Source: Candidatus Rokuibacteriota bacterium (GTDB lineage Bacteria; Methylomirabilota; Methylomirabilia; Rokubacteriales; CSP1-6). From it: 64,000 nucleotides of DNA. Positions 30,166-39,419 of this stretch are shown here, one piece after another; within the stretch, counting starts at the first letter, position 1; every line of letters begins with the position of its first letter. The stretch covers positions 65,919-129,918 of the forward strand of contig QHSL01000062.1 in NCBI GenBank assembly GCA_003220435.1. Direction: 5' to 3'. The translations under genes and the position numbers were made by a program. Below the pieces are notes generated by a model that saw nothing but the letters and a program-made list of their open reading frames with translations, searched no databases and had not been told where the DNA came from.

Positions 30166-31982
30166 TGGCCACCGTGATGCGTGGGTCGGCGTCGAGCGTG
30201 CCGGCCGTGTTCGCCGAGCAGGTGGAGCGGCAGCGCGATCGGCTCGCGATCCGCTTCAAGGAGTACGGCATCTGGCACCGGGTGTCCTGGGGCCAGTACG
30301 GCGAAGAGGTCCGCCGGGTCGCGGCCGCGCTGCTGGCCTTCGGCCTGCGCCACCAGGAGAACGTGGCCGTCCTCGCCGAGAACCGGCCGGAGTGGCTCTA
30401 CTGCCATCTCGGGATCCAGACCGTCGGCGGCGCCACCTGCGGCATCTATCCGACGTCCAGCCCCGAGCAGATCCGGTATCTCCTGAACCACTCCGAGGCG
30501 CGGCTGGTCTTCGTCGAGAACGAGGAGCAGCTCGACAAGATCCTCGCGATCGTCGGGGAAACCCGAGTCGAGCGGATCGTGGTCTGGGACGCGAAGGGGC
30601 TCTGGGGGTTCAGCCAAGAACGGGTGAGCTTCCTCGAAGACTTCCTCAAGCAGGGTCAGACGTTCGCCGAGACCCGCCCCGGCCTGATCGAGGAGCGGCT
30701 GGCCGCCGTGCGCCCCACCGACACCGCGATGATCATCTACACCTCGGGCACCACCGGGCCGCCCAAGGGCGCGATGCTCGCCCACGGCGCGATTCTCTGG
30801 GTGATCGAGGCGCTCCAGACGGTAAATCCAGTCAGCCGCGACGACGAGGTCGTCTCGTATCTCCCGTTCGCTCACATCTACGAGAACCTGGTCTCGGTGT
30901 TCGGTCCGATGCGCCACGGCTACATCGTGAACTTCGTGGAGAGCCTGGACACGCTCTTTCAAAATCTCCGCGAGATCTCGCCCACCTATTTCGCGAGCGT
31001 GCCGCGCATCTGGGAGAAGCTCGCCTCGACCGTCGAGCTGCGCATGGCGGACTCGACCCTTTTCAAGCGCGGGATCTACCGGGCCGCCGTCGCGATCGGA
31101 CGGCGCCATGCCCGCGCCCGGCTCAGCGAGACGCGAGTACCGCTCTGGCTGGCGCTCGCGTACCGCCTGGCCCACACGGTCGCGCTGGCGCCGCTCAAGC
31201 GGCGGCTCGGCTTCGACCGCACACGCCTCGCGGTGTGCGGCGCCGCGCCGGCCTCCCCGGAGCTGTTCGAGTACTATCACGCGCTCGGCATCCCGCTGAT
31301 CGAAGGGTACGGCCTCACCGAGTCGACGGGCGTGATCTCCATCAACCGAGTCGCGCGACCGCGGGTCGGCACGGTCGGGCCGCCGGTCCCGGGGCTCGAG
31401 GTGGTCCTGGCCGACGACGGCGAGATCCTCACGCGCGGTCCCCACGTCTTCAAGGGCTACTTCAAGGACGCGGACCTGACGGCGCAGACGATCGACCGCG
31501 AAGGCTGGCTCCACACCGGCGACGTCGGCGCCTGGGAAGACGGCTACCTCAAGATCATGGACCGCAAGAAGGACATCATCATCACCGCCGGCGGCAAGAA
31601 CATCACGCCCGCGTACATCGAGAACAAGCTGAAGTTCAGCTCGTATATCCAGGACGCGGTCGTCGTCGGCGACGCGCGAAAGTACCTCGTGGCGCTGATC
31701 CTGATCGACGAGGATAACGTCACGAAGTTCGCTCAGGACCATCGCGTGCCCTTCACGACCTTCCAGGACCTGACCCAGAGCGCCGAGGTGGTCCGGCTGA
31801 TCGACGGCGAGGTGGAGGCGGTGAACAAGACGCTCTCGCAGGTCGAGACGATCAAGAAGGTCGCGCTCCTGCCGCGGCGGTTCTACGCCGAAGAGGGCGA
31901 CGTGACGCCCACCATGAAGGTGAAGCGGCGCGCGCTCGAGCAGCGGTACGCCGACGTGATCAAGGGTCTGTACCGGGATTAG
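30165..31982 (+). CDS. AMP-dependent acyl-CoA synthetase/ligase (long-chain-fatty-acid--CoA ligase-like) embedded in the Liv operon
   Basis: IIYTSGTTGPPKGAML AMP-binding motif; TGD...DRKKDIIITAGGKNI C-terminal motif. ATG 30165 overlaps the livF stop and has AGGAG 6 nt upstream. The ORF track 30159 is the alternative ATG. Confidence 0.85.
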
Positions 31983-31984
31983 CC

Positions 31985-32965
31985 GTGGATCTGATCGAGT
32001 CGTACTCACAAGAGCTGCGCTTCGCGCGGCGCCCGATCACGCGGGTCCTGCTCGGGCTCCTGGTGCTGGCGGTCGTCGCGCTGCCGTGGGTCGCGCCCGA
32101 CCACGTGGTATTCCTGGGAACCCTGATCGCGCTCTACGCGATCGGCGTGATGGGCCAGAACATTCTGATCGGCTACACGGGCCAGATCTCGTTCGGCCAG
32201 GCCGGGTTCCTCGCGATCGGCGCGTTCGCGTTCGGCCACCTGCGCATCTGGGGCGCGCCGTTCCTGTTGGCGCTGGTGGTGGCCGGCGCCGTCGCCGCGC
32301 TCGCCGGTGCGGTCGTCGGCTTTCCGTCGCTCCGGCTCAAGGGCCCGTACCTATCCATCGCGACGCTCGGCTTCGGCGTCGCTGTCTATCAGATCTTCGT
32401 GAACTGGGAAGTGCTCTCCGGCGGGCGCTCGGGCCTGTCCATCGCCAGGATCAAGCCCCTGCTCGGCCTCACGACCACGCAGACGATCTACTATGCGTAC
32501 GTCCTGCTGCTCGTGGTCTTCACGCTGGCCACGTGTAACCTGATCTCGTCCTACGTCGGGCGGGCGTTCGTGGCCATCCGAGACGCCGACATCGCCGCCG
32601 AGGTCAACGGCGTCAACCTGACGCGCTACAAGCTGCTGGCGTTCGCGATCTCGTCGTTCTACACCGGAGTCCACGGCGCCCTCTACGCCCAGGTGCTGGG
32701 CCATATCGAGCCGCAGATCTTCAACATCGGGGAGTCGCTCACGTTGTTCGTCGCGGTGATCATCGGCGGCGTCGCGTCGATCGAGGGCTCGATCCTGGGC
32801 GCCGCCTTCGTCCTGCTGATCCCCAAGGTCCTCTCGGATTTCCGCGAGATGGTCCCGGTCGTCTACGGGGTGACGATCCTGGTCGTGCTCATCTTTGAGC
32901 CGCTCGGGCTCTTCGGCCGCTGGCTCAAGACGCGGCTGTACTTCCAGCTCTGGCCCTTCCGATGA
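31985..32965 (+). CDS. livM: ABC transporter permease LivM-type
   Basis: Polytopic membrane protein with LivM-like GYTGQISFGQAGF motif. Confidence 0.85.
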   Translation: MDLIESYSQELRFARRPITRVLLGLLVLAVVALPWVAPDHVVFLGTLIALYAIGVMGQNILIGYTGQISFGQAGFLAIGAFAFGHLRIWGAPFLLALVVAGAVAALAGAVVGFPSLRLKGPYLSIATLGFGVAVYQIFVNWEVLSGGRSGLSIARIKPLLGLTTTQTIYYAYVLLLVVFTLATCNLISSYVGRAFVAIRDADIAAEVNGVNLTRYKLLAFAISSFYTGVHGALYAQVLGHIEPQIFNIGESLTLFVAVIIGGVASIEGSILGAAFVLLIPKVLSDFREMVPVVYGVTILVVLIFEPLGLFGRWLKTRLYFQLWPFR

Positions 32966-33846
32966 TCGAAAAGCTTCTGCAATACACGCTGACCGGGTTC
33001 TCGGCCGGGAGCCTCTACGCGCTCGTCGCGCTGGGCATCGTGCTGATCTACCGCTCGACCCGCGTGCTGAACTTCGCCCACGGCGACATCGCCACGCTGG
33101 CCACCTTCGTGTCGTTCTCGCTGCTCAGCCACAAGTACTCGTTCCCCGTCGCGTTCGTGGTGAGCCTGCTCGTCGGCGCGGCGGTCGGCATCGCGTTTTA
33201 CTTCGGGGTGCTGGTCCGGGCGCAGCGCGCGGGCGCCAATCTCCTCGGCATGGTGATCCTCACGCTGGGCCTGGCGCTGGTCATCGAGGGCGTCGTCGTC
33301 TGGCACTGGGGCGCGGAGCCCGTGTCGCTGCCGTTCCCGATCTCCGACACCAAGACGTACCGGGTGGGACCAGTGGTCGTCAGCCAGCTCTCGATCGCCA
33401 CGATGGCGGCGGGGCTCCTCGGGAGCCTGCTCCTCTATCTCCTGGTCCAGAAGACGCGGCTCGGCCTGGCGATGCGGGCGACCTCCGAAAACGTGATGGC
33501 CGCCCAGACGCTCGGGATTCCCACCCGCATGGTGTTGAGCGTCTCCTGGGGTGTCGCCTCCGCCCTCGGCGTCGTCGCCGGGATATTCCTGGCCCCGGCC
33601 CTCCTGCTCGACCCGTTCTTCATGCTCGATCCGTTCCTCAAGGGTTTCGCGGCGGCCGTGCTGGGCGGGCTGAACAGCCTGCCGGGCGCCGTGGTGGGCG
33701 CGCTCATCCTCGGCGTCGCCGAGAGTCTGACCGGCGCTTATCTGAGCATCCAGTTCAAGAACACGCTCGCGTTCCTGATCATCATCGTCGTCCTCCTGCT
33801 GCGGCCCGAGGGCTTGCTCGGTAAACAGTTCAAGGAGCGCGTCTAG
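32962..33846 (+). CDS. livH: ABC transporter permease LivH-type
   Basis: LNFAHGD motif characteristic of LivH; ATGA overlap with livM. Confidence 0.85.
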   Translation: MIEKLLQYTLTGFSAGSLYALVALGIVLIYRSTRVLNFAHGDIATLATFVSFSLLSHKYSFPVAFVVSLLVGAAVGIAFYFGVLVRAQRAGANLLGMVILTLGLALVIEGVVVWHWGAEPVSLPFPISDTKTYRVGPVVVSQLSIATMAAGLLGSLLLYLLVQKTRLGLAMRATSENVMAAQTLGIPTRMVLSVSWGVASALGVVAGIFLAPALLLDPFFMLDPFLKGFAAAVLGGLNSLPGAVVGALILGVAESLTGAYLSIQFKNTLAFLIIIVVLLLRPEGLLGKQFKERV

Positions 33847-33920
33847 CGGCCGGTTTGCCAGTGGACGTCCGTTCGTTTACACTCGGCTGAACAGCGGTTC
33901 ATTCGGTCTGGAGGCCCTCG

Positions 33921-34676
33921 ATGGATCGTCCGATCGCCTACGACAAGCTCGCGCGGGAAGACCGATTCGTCAGGATGCGCGCGCGCGAGGTCGCCGAGCT
34001 CAAGGTCTCGCAGGGGCTTCCCCCGTTCCCGGATCTTTCCAGTGCCGAGTCCATCAAGGAACGAGTGCACGGGATCATGGTCGGCGAGCTGCAGGCGATG
34101 GAGGGGGCGGGCCGAAGCGTGTGCGATTTTCCGGAGGCGCCCTGGGAATTCACGATGGACATGGCGCGCCAGGTCTGGGACGAGTCGCGCCACGTCGAGA
34201 TTTACTTGAGATTGCTCGATCACCTGGGCGGCTACGCCGGAGAGTTTCCCGAGACGACGATCCTGTGGCGGTGCGCCTGTGCCGAGGACGCCGCAGCGCG
34301 TGTCGCCGGGGTCAACCGAGGCCTCGAGGGGCTGGCGTGCGATGTCTTCAACCAGCTCGTCCACATCGCCCGGAAGATCGGCGACCCGGTCCTCGAGCGA
34401 GCGGTCGATTTCGTCCTCGCCGACGAGATCACCCATGTACGCATGGGCTCGAAGTGGCTGACGAAGCTGACCGAAGGCGACGCCGAGCGCCGGCGCCGGG
34501 CCGTCGAGTTCCAGGAGAACATCGACGAGCGGTTCAACCTCGGCGGAGTCCGGCGCGAGGGGGATCACGACGCGGTGTCCATCTCGATCGCGATCGACGT
34601 CCGTCGCATGGCAGGCTTCACCGAGGAAGAGATCGAGCGCCTGATCAAGACGACCCAGCGGTCGCAAGTCTACTAG
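33921..34676 (+). CDS. Ferritin-like (diiron-carboxylate type) protein, DUF455-like
   Basis: Two E-x-x-H motifs (WDESRHVEIY; LADEITHVRMG) on predicted helices, typical of the ferritin-like diiron four-helix bundle. Confidence 0.65.
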   Translation: MDRPIAYDKLAREDRFVRMRAREVAELKVSQGLPPFPDLSSAESIKERVHGIMVGELQAMEGAGRSVCDFPEAPWEFTMDMARQVWDESRHVEIYLRLLDHLGGYAGEFPETTILWRCACAEDAAARVAGVNRGLEGLACDVFNQLVHIARKIGDPVLERAVDFVLADEITHVRMGSKWLTKLTEGDAERRRRAVEFQENIDERFNLGGVRREGDHDAVSISIAIDVRRMAGFTEEEIERLIKTTQRSQVY

Positions 34677-34681
34677 CGCTC

Positions 34682-35662
34682 GTGGCGCAGCCCCTCGAAG
34701 GAACCTTCAGCGCCGAGCACTCCGCCCGCCTGCTGAGGAACTACCGCTACGTGGTCGAGCGGACGATGCGGGCCCTCGGCGGGTGGATCGCCCTCACGCC
34801 CGAGCTGTCCGCGAAGCTCCTGATGGGTCGCCACGTCTGGGACCTGGCCCAACACTGCGACGCCTTCGGCCGGCGGCTGCCGGAGCTGCGTGCCCACGCC
34901 CACGAGTCCGAGCCGGCCAACCCGGCGGTCGCGACGTTCATGGATGCGCTCGAGGAGCCGGAGGCGCCCGATCAGACCGTGGAGCGGCTGGTGGGCGTCT
35001 ACTCCGTCCTCAAGCCGCACCTCCTCGCGACCTACCGTGGCCATCTCGCGCGCGCGAACCCGGTCTACGAGCCCCCGACCCGCCGGATCCTCACGCGCTG
35101 CATCGAGGACGAGACGAAGCACGTTGTCGCGGGCGAGGAGATCCTGCGCCACCTGGCCTCCACGCCGGCCGCGAAGGAGCGCGCCAGGGTGCGCCAGGCT
35201 CGGCTCGACGGGCTGCTGACGTCGGCGGGCGGTGTGGTCGGCGATGGGATGCGGTTGCTGCTGTCGACGCCGGTTGAGCCGCTCAGGTCCGACCTCTCGG
35301 ACGACGCCCGGGAGTTCATCCGCCTCGAGGCGGCAACAGCGGCCTGGCCTGTGCCCGAAGGGCTCGGCGACGCGCTGACCGCGTTCGCGGCGGCGCTCGT
35401 CGCCCGCGATACGGACGCGCTGTCGCGCTGGCTCGCTCCCGGGGTGGCGATCGGCGACGCCGCGCGGGAGAACCTGCACGCCGCGGAATACACCGGGCAC
35501 CGAGTTGTCGCCTTCGCACGCCTCGGCCACCAGCACCTCGTGAAGACGCGTCTCGACGGATCGGCTGGCTCGGTCGTGGTGCTGAGTCGCTGGACGTCGG
35601 CCGGCGACCACTGGCGCGTGGCCGCCCTCGATGTCGTGGGGCGCGACCTCCGCCCCGCCTGA
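34682..35662 (+). CDS. Second ferritin-like domain protein with C-terminal NTF2/SnoaL-like domain
   Basis: GTG start 6 nt after the previous stop. High-GC3 frame verified by hand. RHVWDLAQHCDAFGRRLPEL...IEDETKHVVAGEEILRHL (E-x-x-H). C-terminal LSRWLAPGVAIGD...HWRVAALDVVG resembles an NTF2-like fold. The ORF-track N-terminal extension (34121) overlaps the upstream gene and is spurious. Confidence 0.5.
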   Translation: MAQPLEGTFSAEHSARLLRNYRYVVERTMRALGGWIALTPELSAKLLMGRHVWDLAQHCDAFGRRLPELRAHAHESEPANPAVATFMDALEEPEAPDQTVERLVGVYSVLKPHLLATYRGHLARANPVYEPPTRRILTRCIEDETKHVVAGEEILRHLASTPAAKERARVRQARLDGLLTSAGGVVGDGMRLLLSTPVEPLRSDLSDDAREFIRLEAATAAWPVPEGLGDALTAFAAALVARDTDALSRWLAPGVAIGDAARENLHAAEYTGHRVVAFARLGHQHLVKTRLDGSAGSVVVLSRWTSAGDHWRVAALDVVGRDLRPA

Positions 35663-35668
35663 TCGTCG

Positions 35669-37015
35669 TTGCTGCGCACCGTCCTGGTCGCGAATCGGGG
35701 AGAGATCGCCCGGCGGGTGTTCCGCGCCTGCCGTCAGCTCGGGATGCGGACCGTCGCGGTGTACTCCGAGGCTGACCGCGAAGCGTTCCACGTACGCGAA
35801 GCTGACGAGGCCGTGGCGATCGGCGGGGCGCCGGCTCGCGAGAGCTACCTGAACTCCGACCGCATCCTCGAGGCGGCGCGGCAGGCGCGAGCGGACGCGA
35901 TCCATCCCGGCTACGGCTTCCTGTCGGAGAACTGGCGGTTCGCCAAGGCCGTCCAGGACGCGGGCATCGTGTTCATCGGCCCCAAGCCCGACGCGATCCG
36001 AAGGATGGGGGACAAGATCGAAGCGCGCCGGCTGATGGCGGCAGCCCGGGTCCCGATCCTGCCCGGAAGCTTAACTCCGGTGGCAAACGCTGCCGAGGCC
36101 CGACGTGCGGCGGACGAGGTCGGCTTTCCGATCATCCTCAAGGCGGCAGTCGGCGGCGGCGGCATCGGCATGGCGCGCGTCGGCCAGGAAGCCGAGCTTC
36201 AGAGTGCGTTCACGACCGCGGCTCGGCGAGCCCAGGGAGCATTCGGGTCGGGGGAGCTCTACGTCGAGCGCTATCTCGAGCGGCCACGGCACGTGGAGGT
36301 CCAGGTGTTCGGCGACGATTCGGGAGAGGTCGTGCATCTGCACGAGCGCGAGTGCTCGATCCAGCGGCGCCACCAGAAGCTCGTGGAGGAGTCGCCAGCG
36401 CCGAACCTGCCGGCGGCCAGCAAGGCGGCGCTCACGAGCACGGCCGTAGCCGGCGCGCGCGCCATCGGATACACGAACGCCGGCACGATGGAGTTTCTCG
36501 TCGACGAGAGCGGGCGATTCTACTTTCTGGAGATGAACACTCGACTCCAGGTGGAGCACCCGATCACCGAAGAAGCCACCGGGCTCGACCTGGTCGTCGC
36601 CCAGCTCAGGGTCGGGTCCGGCGAGCCGCTGCCCTGGCGCCAGAGCGAGATCGTCCAGAGTCGGGCGGCGGTCGAGTGTCGCGTGTACGCCGAGGATCCC
36701 ACCAAGGGGTTTCTGCCATCGCCGGGCACGGTGTCGAAGCTTGCGCTCCCCTCGGGGAGAGGCATCCGCATCGAATCCGGGATCGAGGCGGGGAGCACCG
36801 TGTCAGTCCACTACGACCCGCTGCTGCTGAAGCTCGTCACTCACGCGGCGACGCGGGCGCAGGCGGTCCAGCGCATGGCGGACGCCCTCGACGCGTGCGT
36901 GATCGAGGGCGTCCGCACCACGGTCCCGTTCCTCCGACGCGTCATCACGAGCGACGAGTTCCGGCAGGGCCGGGTGCACACCCAGATGGTCGAACAAGGA
37001 GCGTTCAATGCCTGA
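35669..37015 (+). CDS. Biotin carboxylase (ATP-grasp) subunit
   Basis: TTG start. MLRTVLVANRGEIARRVFRACRQLGMRTVAVYSEADREAFHVREADEAV...; ATP-grasp and C-terminal BC domain motifs. Confidence 0.9.
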   Translation: MLRTVLVANRGEIARRVFRACRQLGMRTVAVYSEADREAFHVREADEAVAIGGAPARESYLNSDRILEAARQARADAIHPGYGFLSENWRFAKAVQDAGIVFIGPKPDAIRRMGDKIEARRLMAAARVPILPGSLTPVANAAEARRAADEVGFPIILKAAVGGGGIGMARVGQEAELQSAFTTAARRAQGAFGSGELYVERYLERPRHVEVQVFGDDSGEVVHLHERECSIQRRHQKLVEESPAPNLPAASKAALTSTAVAGARAIGYTNAGTMEFLVDESGRFYFLEMNTRLQVEHPITEEATGLDLVVAQLRVGSGEPLPWRQSEIVQSRAAVECRVYAEDPTKGFLPSPGTVSKLALPSGRGIRIESGIEAGSTVSVHYDPLLLKLVTHAATRAQAVQRMADALDACVIEGVRTTVPFLRRVITSDEFRQGRVHTQMVEQGAFNA

Positions 37016-37223
37016 GGACATCAAGGCCCACATCACCGGGGTCGTGTTCCAGATCCCGACCAAGCCCGGCGATCGCGTGGCGGCCGGCGACGCCGTGATC
37101 GTGCTCGAGTCCATGAAGATGGAGATCCCGGTGGAGGCGCCGCGCGCGGGCGCGGTCAGGGAGATCAAGGTCCAGGAAGGCCAGACCGTCCAGGAGGGCG
37201 ACGTCGTCGCCGTGCTGGAGTAG
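37008..37223 (+). CDS. Biotin carboxyl carrier protein (71-aa stand-alone biotinyl domain)
   Basis: VLESMKMEIPV biotinylation motif (E-x-MKM). 8-nt overlap with the biotin carboxylase gene. Confidence 0.85.
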   Translation: MPEDIKAHITGVVFQIPTKPGDRVAAGDAVIVLESMKMEIPVEAPRAGAVREIKVQEGQTVQEGDVVAVLE

Positions 37224-37232
37224 GAGGTGGCC

Positions 37233-37571
37233 ATGAGCCTCGAGATGATCCGTGAGCTCTACGATTACCATCGCTGGGCGAACCGCCGTCTCTTCGACGT
37301 CGCGACCACGCTCGGCGAGGAGGTCGTATCCCGCGACCTAGGCAAGCAGTTCAGCTACCCGATCATCCGCCGGATGTTCGGTCACCTCTAGCAACGGGCC
37401 TTCCTCGACGGGCTGGCGCCGGAAGATCTGGAGCGGATCTTCGAGTTCCGCAACCAGCAGGGAAAGCTTCTGAAGTTCCCCCTCTGGCCGCAGCTTCAGC
37501 ACGTGGTCAATCACGCGACGCACCACAGGAGCGAGATCGCCACGAACCTGCTCCAGAAATCCGGCCAGTAA
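37233..37571 (+). pseudogene. DinB_2/YfiT-like (DinB-superfamily metal-binding) gene interrupted by in-frame amber codon at 37389-37391
   Basis: RBS aggagg, ATG 37233. MSLEMIRELYDYHRWANRRLFDVATTLGEE...RRMFGHL-TAG-QRAFLDGLAPEDL...LQHVVNHATHHRSEIATNLLQKSGQ (His triad region). 52 codons, then TAG, then 59 codons in the same frame. Confidence 0.6.
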
Positions 37572-37585
37572 GGGGCGAGCTGAGG

Positions 37586-37613
37586 TCTGGGGGACCCATC
37601 GGGGTCCCCCAGA
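37586..37613 (+). terminator. Bidirectional GC-rich hairpin between convergent DinB_2-like gene and rpoD (tctgggggaccc-atcg-gggtcccccaga, 12-bp perfect stem)
   Basis: Seen in the sequence; no U-tract on either side. Confidence 0.45.
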
Positions 37614-37622
37614 CAGGACATC

Positions 37623-39104
37623 CTAGCTCTCGATGAACGCCTTCAAGTTTCGGCCCCGAAGCGGATGGCGAAGCTTCCGGAGGGCCTTGGCCTCGATCTG
37701 GCGAATGCGCTCGCGCGTCACATCGAACCGCTTCCCGACCTCTTCGAGCGTGTGCTCGCTCTCCTCGCCGATGCCGAACCGGAGACGCAGGATCTCCTTC
37801 TCCTTGGGCGAGAGCATCGACAGAGCCCGCTCGACCTGATGCGTGAGGTCCTGATTCAGGAGCGTCTCGTTGGGCGAACCCGCTGACTTGTCCTCGAGGA
37901 AGTCGCCGAGCTCGGAGTCCTCCCCGATCGGCGTCTCCAGAGACAGGGGCCGCCGGGACGACTCGAGGATCAGCCGCACCTTCTTTGCCGGCACGCCGGT
38001 GCGCTGGGCGAGCTCTTCCGGCGTCGGCTCGCGCCCCATCTCGTTGACCAGGTTGCGATTCACCCGCGAGATCCGGTTCAGGGTCTCGACCATGTGGACG
38101 GGAATGCGGATCGTGCGCGAGTGGTCGGCGATCGCCCGGGTGATCGCCTGGCGGATCCACCAGGTCGCGTAGGTCGAGAACTTGAACCCGCGCCGATACT
38201 GAAACCGATCGACCGCCTTCATGAGGCCGATGTTGCCTTCCTGGACGAGGTCGAGCAGCGTCAGGTCGCTCCCGAGGTACCGCTTCGCGACCGACACGAC
38301 CAGACGCAGGTTCGCCTCCATCAGCTCGCGCTTCGCCTGGCGCACGGTGCGGTCGCTGCGCTCGATCTGCTCGAGGAGCGGGCCCAGCTGCCGGCGTCGG
38401 AGCCCGACGAGACGCTCGAGGGCGCGAACCTCGCGGATGGTGGCCGTCGTCCGCCCGCGGCGACTCTCACGGTCGAGTTCGCAGAGCCGCTCCCAGCGGC
38501 GCCTGACCTTCGCCACCAGCTCGTCGATGAGGGCCGGCTTGAGCGGCATCTCAGCGACTACCTTCTGGATGGCCTCGCGGGCCGCCGCGACCGCCGCTGT
38601 CGCCGTCTTCCGGCCGGTACGGGACCGAACGCGAGCGAGGAGCGAGCCTTCGAGCCGCGCGATCTTGCGCTCCAGGCGCCGGATGCGCGCGAAGGCCAGG
38701 AGTACGGGGCGAATCGCCTTCGCCTCGAGTTCGCCTCCTTCCGCCAGGACGATGACCTCGTCGGGCGAGATCTCGCCCCGACGCAGCCTGTCACCGACCT
38801 CGAGAAGGGCCGCCACCGCCATCGGGATCCCGGCGAGCGTACGCCGGAGAGCGATCTGGCCGACCTCGATCCGGCGGCCGATCTGTACTTCCTGAGCGGC
38901 AGTCAGCAGCGGTACCTTGCCGATTTCCTTCAGGTAGAGACGAACGGGATCCTCGCCCTTAGGCGCGAACCGAGCGTCCTCCCCGGAGGCAGCCTGCTCC
39001 GCCTCGTCCTCGGTCTGTCCGGGAAGCTCTCTATCCTCAGCCGGATCGGTCGGGGTCACCGGGGTGACCTCGAGGGTGTCCGGAGACGCTTCTCTAAATG
39101 TCAT
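37623..39104 (-). CDS. rpoD: RNA polymerase primary sigma factor (sigma-70)
   Basis: Regions 1.2-4.2 present: [29 protein letters not shown] (2.4-3.0), ...[30 protein letters not shown] (4.2). Confidence 0.95.
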   Translation of the reverse strand: MTFREASPDTLEVTPVTPTDPAEDRELPGQTEDEAEQAASGEDARFAPKGEDPVRLYLKEIGKVPLLTAAQEVQIGRRIEVGQIALRRTLAGIPMAVAALLEVGDRLRRGEISPDEVIVLAEGGELEAKAIRPVLLAFARIRRLERKIARLEGSLLARVRSRTGRKTATAAVAAAREAIQKVVAEMPLKPALIDELVAKVRRRWERLCELDRESRRGRTTATIREVRALERLVGLRRRQLGPLLEQIERSDRTVRQAKRELMEANLRLVVSVAKRYLGSDLTLLDLVQEGNIGLMKAVDRFQYRRGFKFSTYATWWIRQAITRAIADHSRTIRIPVHMVETLNRISRVNRNLVNEMGREPTPEELAQRTGVPAKKVRLILESSRRPLSLETPIGEDSELGDFLEDKSAGSPNETLLNQDLTHQVERALSMLSPKEKEILRLRFGIGEESEHTLEEVGKRFDVTRERIRQIEAKALRKLRHPLRGRNLKAFIES

Positions 39105-39419
39105 CGTGTCACCAATTTACTCGTGGTTTCCTCTTGTTTCTGATGCGCCATGGGTGCCTGACGTTTCACGTTTGGGGCAGATTGTTGCCGGCCCCGCCCG
39201 CGTCTCTTCGCACCGCTCTGACCGGCGCCTGGGTCGGCCTATTCACGATCGACTACAAGAGCTTGTCGGCTGCCGGGCTCGGATGGTCTCATTACTAGGG
39301 TCGCCTGTCCTAGCTACGGCAATCGATCAGGTCTTTCACCGAGGCGGTCACTGGTCTTTCCACTACAGCAACCTCACCCGTGGGACCCCGGAGCGGCGTG
39401 ACGTGGATCAGGCAGTTCC

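Noticed and set aside
34121-34681. N-terminal 187 codons of ORF 34121..35662
   Set aside because: It overlaps the preceding ferritin-like gene in another frame and has low GC3 and no protein-like sequence. The real start is GTG 34682.
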